Origin: Candidatus Fermentibacterota bacterium
GTDB lineage: Bacteria; Fermentibacterota; Fermentibacteria; Fermentibacterales; Fermentibacteraceae
Direction of reading: 5' to 3'
Length of the DNA stretch: 64,000 bases
Assembly (NCBI GenBank): GCA_963718745.1
Contig: OY970370.1
Location: forward strand, 1,402,785-1,466,784
The translations under genes were made by a program, and so were the position numbers. Positions 60,524 through 64,000 of the stretch are shown piece after piece. Every line of letters starts with the position of its first letter. The first letter of the stretch is position 1. The notes under the pieces were generated by a model that had not been told where the DNA came from, ran no database searches, and saw nothing but the letters and a program-made list of their open reading frames with translations.

Positions 60524-61278
60524 GCAGGATAATCTCGGTATCGAACCAGAAGGGCGGGGTCGGCAAGACGACGACCGTCATCAACCTGGCGGCCAGCCTG
60601 GCCGCTTTCGAGCGGGATGTCCTCGTCGTCGACCTCGATCCCCAGGCGAACGCGACAAGCGGTCTCGGCCTGGACATCCAGGGTGATGCCAACATCCACT
60701 CGCTCCTCGCCGGTACGTCGGATCTCGACGGGGCTACCGTGGATTCGGGTTTCGAGGGAGTGCGCGCCATCCCGGGTTCACGCGACCTGGCCGGCCTCGA
60801 GATAGAGCTCGCCATGCAGAAGGGCAGGGAGTTCTTCCTCCGTGACAGGCTCAGGGTCCCCGCGATCGACAGGTACGATTTCGTCCTGATCGACTGTCCT
60901 CCTTCTCTCGGTCTCCTCACGGTCAACGCCCTCGTCGCCGCGGATTCCGTCCTTCTCCCTCTCCAGAGCGAGTATTACGCACTCGAAGGCCTGTCCCATC
61001 TCCTCGACACGATCCGGAGAGTCAGACAACTGTGGAATCCTGACATTGTCATGGAGGGCGTGCTGCTGACGATGTACGACAAGAGACTGAAGCTCAGCCG
61101 CGAGGTGGAGGCAAACGCCGAGGACCACCTCAGCGAAATGCTCCTCAATACCCGGATACCCAGGAACGTGAGGCTCAGCGAAGCCCCGAGCTTCGGGAAG
61201 CCGGTGCTGCACTACGATGTGGAGTCGCCCGGCGCCAGGAGCTATCTGCAGCTTGCGGAGGAGTTGATCTCCAGATGA
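60520..61278 (+). CDS. parA: ParA/Soj chromosome partitioning ATPase
   Basis: Deviant Walker A NQKGGVGKTTT. 252 aa. Confidence 0.95.
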   Translation: MSRIISVSNQKGGVGKTTTVINLAASLAAFERDVLVVDLDPQANATSGLGLDIQGDANIHSLLAGTSDLDGATVDSGFEGVRAIPGSRDLAGLEIELAMQKGREFFLRDRLRVPAIDRYDFVLIDCPPSLGLLTVNALVAADSVLLPLQSEYYALEGLSHLLDTIRRVRQLWNPDIVMEGVLLTMYDKRLKLSREVEANAEDHLSEMLLNTRIPRNVRLSEAPSFGKPVLHYDVESPGARSYLQLAEELISR

Positions 61279-62123
61279 CCCAGATCAGGAAGAAGGCGCT
61301 CGGAAGGGGCCTGGAAGCCCTGCTGCCCGTGCTGGACGAAACGGCTCCGGGACAGGTCGCATCGATACAGGTCGAGAGGATAGAGCCGAACCCCCACCAG
61401 CCGAGACACGTCTGGGACGAGGAGGAGCTCCGCTCCCTGTCCGATTCGATCAAGGAACAGGGGATCCTCCAGCCGCTCGTCCTGCGCCGGCAGGGGATGA
61501 GATTCCAGGTCATCGCAGGGGAGAGGCGCCTCCGGGCCGCACGCATGGCCGGGCTCACGGAGGTCCCTGCCATAATAAGGGACGCCACGGATACTCAGAT
61601 GCTGGCGCTCGCGCTGGTGGAGAACATCCAGAGGCGGGACCTGGGTCCGCTGGAGAAGGCCGAGGCCTTCAGCAGACTCGCGACCATGTTCGAGCTTACG
61701 CAGGAGGAGATGGGGAGGCAGACGGGTCTGGACCGCTCCACAGTCTCCAATCTGATAAGGCTCCTCGAGCTTCCCGATGCAGTAAAGACGATGCTCAGGG
61801 ATGGGACTCTCAGCATGGGGCACGGCAGGGCGCTCCTGTCCCTGCATGAATCGAGAACCATCGAAACCGCAGCTGGCCTCGCCGTTTCACGCGGGATGTC
61901 CGTGAGGCAGCTGGAGGAGCATGTCCGGAGGTCCGCACGGAAGACCGTACCGCGCCGGACGCCTGGAACCCAGCCCGCAGAGATTGCAGACCTCCAGGAG
62001 AGGCTCACCCGCAGGCTCTCCGCGAAGGTCCGGGTCAGGGATCGCGGTGGAAGGGGCAGCATAGTGGTCGAATACTCCTCGTTGAACGACCTGCAGCGCA
62101 TCCTGGACCTCCTGGATGGCTGA
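61275..62123 (+). CDS. parB: ParB/Spo0J partition protein
   Basis: KALGRGLEALL, the ParB box GERRLRAA and an HTH region. 282 aa. Confidence 0.95.
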   Translation: MTQIRKKALGRGLEALLPVLDETAPGQVASIQVERIEPNPHQPRHVWDEEELRSLSDSIKEQGILQPLVLRRQGMRFQVIAGERRLRAARMAGLTEVPAIIRDATDTQMLALALVENIQRRDLGPLEKAEAFSRLATMFELTQEEMGRQTGLDRSTVSNLIRLLELPDAVKTMLRDGTLSMGHGRALLSLHESRTIETAAGLAVSRGMSVRQLEEHVRRSARKTVPRRTPGTQPAEIADLQERLTRRLSAKVRVRDRGGRGSIVVEYSSLNDLQRILDLLDG

Positions 62124-62415
62124 CGAGCGCTCCGGGGGCCCGGTTGCTCCGGAGGACGGTCCGGCCCAGCCGGAACGGACGTCTCCGCCGGAATACCTCT
62201 TCAGGCTGGCCTGGGAGGAGATCAACGAGAGGATGTCCAGGCTGAGACGGGATCTCGAGCTTGCCGAGCGCAGCAGCCTGGGAGACGATGTCCGGCAGGA
62301 GCTGGTGAAGAAGCTGGCCGCCCTGCAGGACACAGTCGATTCCTTCGCCGAACGCTGGATGGATTTCGAGAGGAAGAGAAAGGCGCTGGAGGAGAGCCTG
62401 TCGAGGGAGCCCTAG
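62116..62415 (+). CDS. hypothetical small coiled-coil protein downstream of parB
   Basis: 99 aa with an 8-nt overlap onto the parB end. No family recognised. Confidence 0.45.
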   Translation: MADERSGGPVAPEDGPAQPERTSPPEYLFRLAWEEINERMSRLRRDLELAERSSLGDDVRQELVKKLAALQDTVDSFAERWMDFERKRKALEESLSREP

Positions 62416-62693
62416 CCCTCCCTCCCTGCCGGTGCCCTTCCCTGGTCGGACTGATGATCCTGGTCGACCGACCTCATGTCCAGGTTGTATTCGTGTACCA
62501 GAGCCTCGTATCTCATGTGAAAATGCAGCCAGAGGTCCGCGAAGAGGTCCACCTGCGACGAGAGCCGGTCGAGGGCGATCGAGATCTCCTCGGCGGATTC
62601 GTCAGCAACCGCAGCCCTGGAGAGCTTCCTGAAGTTGCGGTCCACGCTCTCCCAGCCCTTTTCGAAGCATGTCTCGGCCAGGTATTCCTTCAA
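62412..62693 (-). CDS. hypothetical small protein, distant paralog of the convergent neighbour
   Basis: TTG start. 93 aa. Shares the W-E...L.R ... L..QVD.FA..W..F....AL pattern with ORF 62116..62415. Confidence 0.4.
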   Translation of the reverse strand: MKEYLAETCFEKGWESVDRNFRKLSRAAVADESAEEISIALDRLSSQVDLFADLWLHFHMRYEALVHEYNLDMRSVDQDHQSDQGRAPAGREG

Positions 62694-62757
62694 AGCACCC
62701 CCCCGGTCTCGATGCTATTTTCACTGAAATCGGACGTCGGCGCAAGCCCCCGGAATG

Positions 62758-62787
62758 TTGACGGGATTCGGAGAGTGCCGTTATAGT
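62758..62787 (+). promoter_or_regulatory. candidate sigma70-type promoter (TTGACG-18 nt-TATAGT) for the ferredoxin gene
   Basis: Hexamers read directly, ~25 nt upstream of the GTG start. Confidence 0.4.
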
Positions 62788-62812
62788 GCCGGACAACTCG
62801 AAGGGAGTGGCA

Positions 62813-62980
62813 GTGGCCTACAAGATCACCGACAAATGCATAGCCTGTGGAACATGCAAGGACGAATGCCCGGTCGAAGCGATAAGCGAGGGCAAGCCTT
62901 ACAAGATCGATGAAGGCAAGTGCATCGACTGCGGCGCGTGCGCCTCGGTCTGCCCGGTCGAAGCCATCGAGGCCCCATAA
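62813..62980 (+). CDS. fdx: clostridial-type 2x[4Fe-4S] ferredoxin
   Basis: GTG 62813 after AAGGGAG gives a 55-aa protein, (M)AYKITDKCIACGTCKDECPVEAI...CIDCGACASVCPVEAI. Confidence 0.88.
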   Translation: MAYKITDKCIACGTCKDECPVEAISEGKPYKIDEGKCIDCGACASVCPVEAIEAP

Positions 62981-63014
62981 GGGTTTCGACAGTCGTCTGA
63001 AGGCTTTCGGACAA

Positions 63015-63044
63015 CCGCCGGATCTGGTATCACGGGTCCGGCGG
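63015..63044. terminator. hairpin between convergent ferredoxin and deacetylase genes
   Basis: CCGCCGGA (63015-63022) pairs with TCCGGCGG (63037-63044). The 14-nt loop makes this weak. Confidence 0.3.
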
Positions 63045-63048
63045 GCTT

Positions 63049-63879
63049 CTATCTACGGTCAGATCCGGCTGCCAGTTCCGCGAGCTTGATCGAGTCGAAG
63101 GATTCCAGTACCCGCCTCAGGCACGTCCACATCCGCCCTCCACTCCCGTGCCCCTGCCTGATCCGCACAAGAACGGGAAATCCGGGTTGTCCGTCGAAGG
63201 GTTCGTCGTACTCCCACGGATGGCTGTAGAGCACGGGGATCCTGCCAGCCCTGCAGGCCTTCGCGAGAAGGATCGAACGCAGGGACATCGGCATGAATCT
63301 CGACCAGGCGCCGCCCGCCACGGGCACCTTTGCTCCCGGGAACTCGACCGAGGCGAGCGGAAGCTCGAGGATCGAGCCTGTGGAGCCCTGGAGCATGTAG
63401 GGGGAAAGCGGAGCGCCAGGGATACCGTATCTGTGCCTCGTCATCGGGAAGACGCTGCTGTCGTAGGTGAAGCCTGCCTTCACCAGTTCATCGGCCACCC
63501 AGCCCGAGTTATCCTCCGATACGCTGAAACTGGGGGCGCGGTAGCCCGAGGGCCGGGGAAGATTCGCCCTGTCCCAGGCGGTGAGACACCTTTCCAGGTC
63601 TTCGCGCAGAGAAGCACTGTCCATTCCGGAGAGGCTGGTGTGACCCCACCCGTGGCAGGCCAGTTCGTGTCCCGCCTCCAGGATGGCTGCAGCCGTGGCC
63701 GGATGCATCGCAAGCTCGGTTCCCAGCATGAAGAAGGTGGCTCCGGCTCCGAACTCGCCCAGGAAGGCCAGAAGCGAATCGACAAGCACGGGTACACGGT
63801 GCCGGGCCGTCCGCGATGCCGGATGGTCGAGAGAAGTGATCGCCGCTGTCTGGAACCATTCCTCCACATCGAAACTCAT
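63049..63879 (-). CDS. polysaccharide deacetylase family protein (DUF3473-type)
   Basis: Sequence MSFDVEEWFQ ... HGWGH. Resembles the exopolysaccharide-locus deacetylase subfamily. ATG 63879 is preferred over GTG 63948. Confidence 0.75.
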   Translation of the reverse strand: MSFDVEEWFQTAAITSLDHPASRTARHRVPVLVDSLLAFLGEFGAGATFFMLGTELAMHPATAAAILEAGHELACHGWGHTSLSGMDSASLREDLERCLTAWDRANLPRPSGYRAPSFSVSEDNSGWVADELVKAGFTYDSSVFPMTRHRYGIPGAPLSPYMLQGSTGSILELPLASVEFPGAKVPVAGGAWSRFMPMSLRSILLAKACRAGRIPVLYSHPWEYDEPFDGQPGFPVLVRIRQGHGSGGRMWTCLRRVLESFDSIKLAELAAGSDRR

Positions 63880-63999
63880 AGCCACACGATGTCTTGCGAC
63901 ACCAGACCCCGGATTCTTCACCAGATCCGCCCGCCTTCTCTGCAGCACCCCATGTCGAAACTCATCGCCACAGGATGTCTTGCGACACCAGACCCCGGA
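63867..63999 (-). repeat. imperfect ~47-nt direct repeat (two copies, ~85-nt period) spanning the deacetylase start
   Basis: Copy A (63867-63913) and copy B (63951-63999) differ by a 2-nt indel and 2 substitutions. Copy B reaches the window edge. Confidence 0.7.
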
Positions 64000-64000
64000 C

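Overview
Visibly GC-rich bacterial chromosomal segment (exact GC not computed) covering the replication-origin neighbourhood. No rRNA, tRNA, CRISPR array, transposase, integrase or recognisable defence or toxin-antitoxin genes were found. Left end, plus strand: rho-rpmE-DUF1385-prfA-prmC-ispG-glnA. Middle, mostly envelope and accessory genes: two lipoproteins, an acyP/beta-barrel/Cys-motif/rnd operon, two tandem OmpA-family genes, NUDIX, thioredoxin, two tandem legumain-like (C13) peptidases with T9SS-type C-terminal domains, a DMT transporter, a SHOCT-like/DUF2089 pair, an RRM protein, an MFS transporter, an esterase, and a tungsten-type aldehyde:ferredoxin oxidoreductase (AOR) cluster with ThiS/ThiF-like genes. 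A histone-H1-like basic protein follows. Next come a complete 9-gene A/V-type ATPase operon in archaeal H-I-K-E-C-F-A-B-D order, bactofilin, asparaginase and a 1209-aa orphan ORF. The minus-strand block gyrA-gyrB-DUF721-dnaN-dnaA then diverges from the plus-strand block rpmH-rnpA-yidD-yidC-mnmE-mnmG-rsmG-parA-parB. The window ends with two small ORFs, a ferredoxin and a polysaccharide deacetylase. Observations most worth a second look: (1) three abutting DnaA boxes 13 kb from dnaA, in front of the V-ATPase operon; (2) two identical parS-like palindromes inside or at the end of mnmG; (3) an apparent +1 frameshift at the 3' end of the AOR gene, with the ThiS-like gene coupled to the displaced frame; (4) an AOR-linked ThiS/ThiF/degenerate P-loop module; (5) the orphan 1209-aa ORF overlapping the end of gyrA; (6) the duplicated secreted C13 peptidases, one with an attenuator-like leader. 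I found no clear-cut new multi-gene system. All functional calls rest on my own motif and family recognition, not on database searches. The many long antisense ORFs in the track are treated as GC-rich shadow frames.
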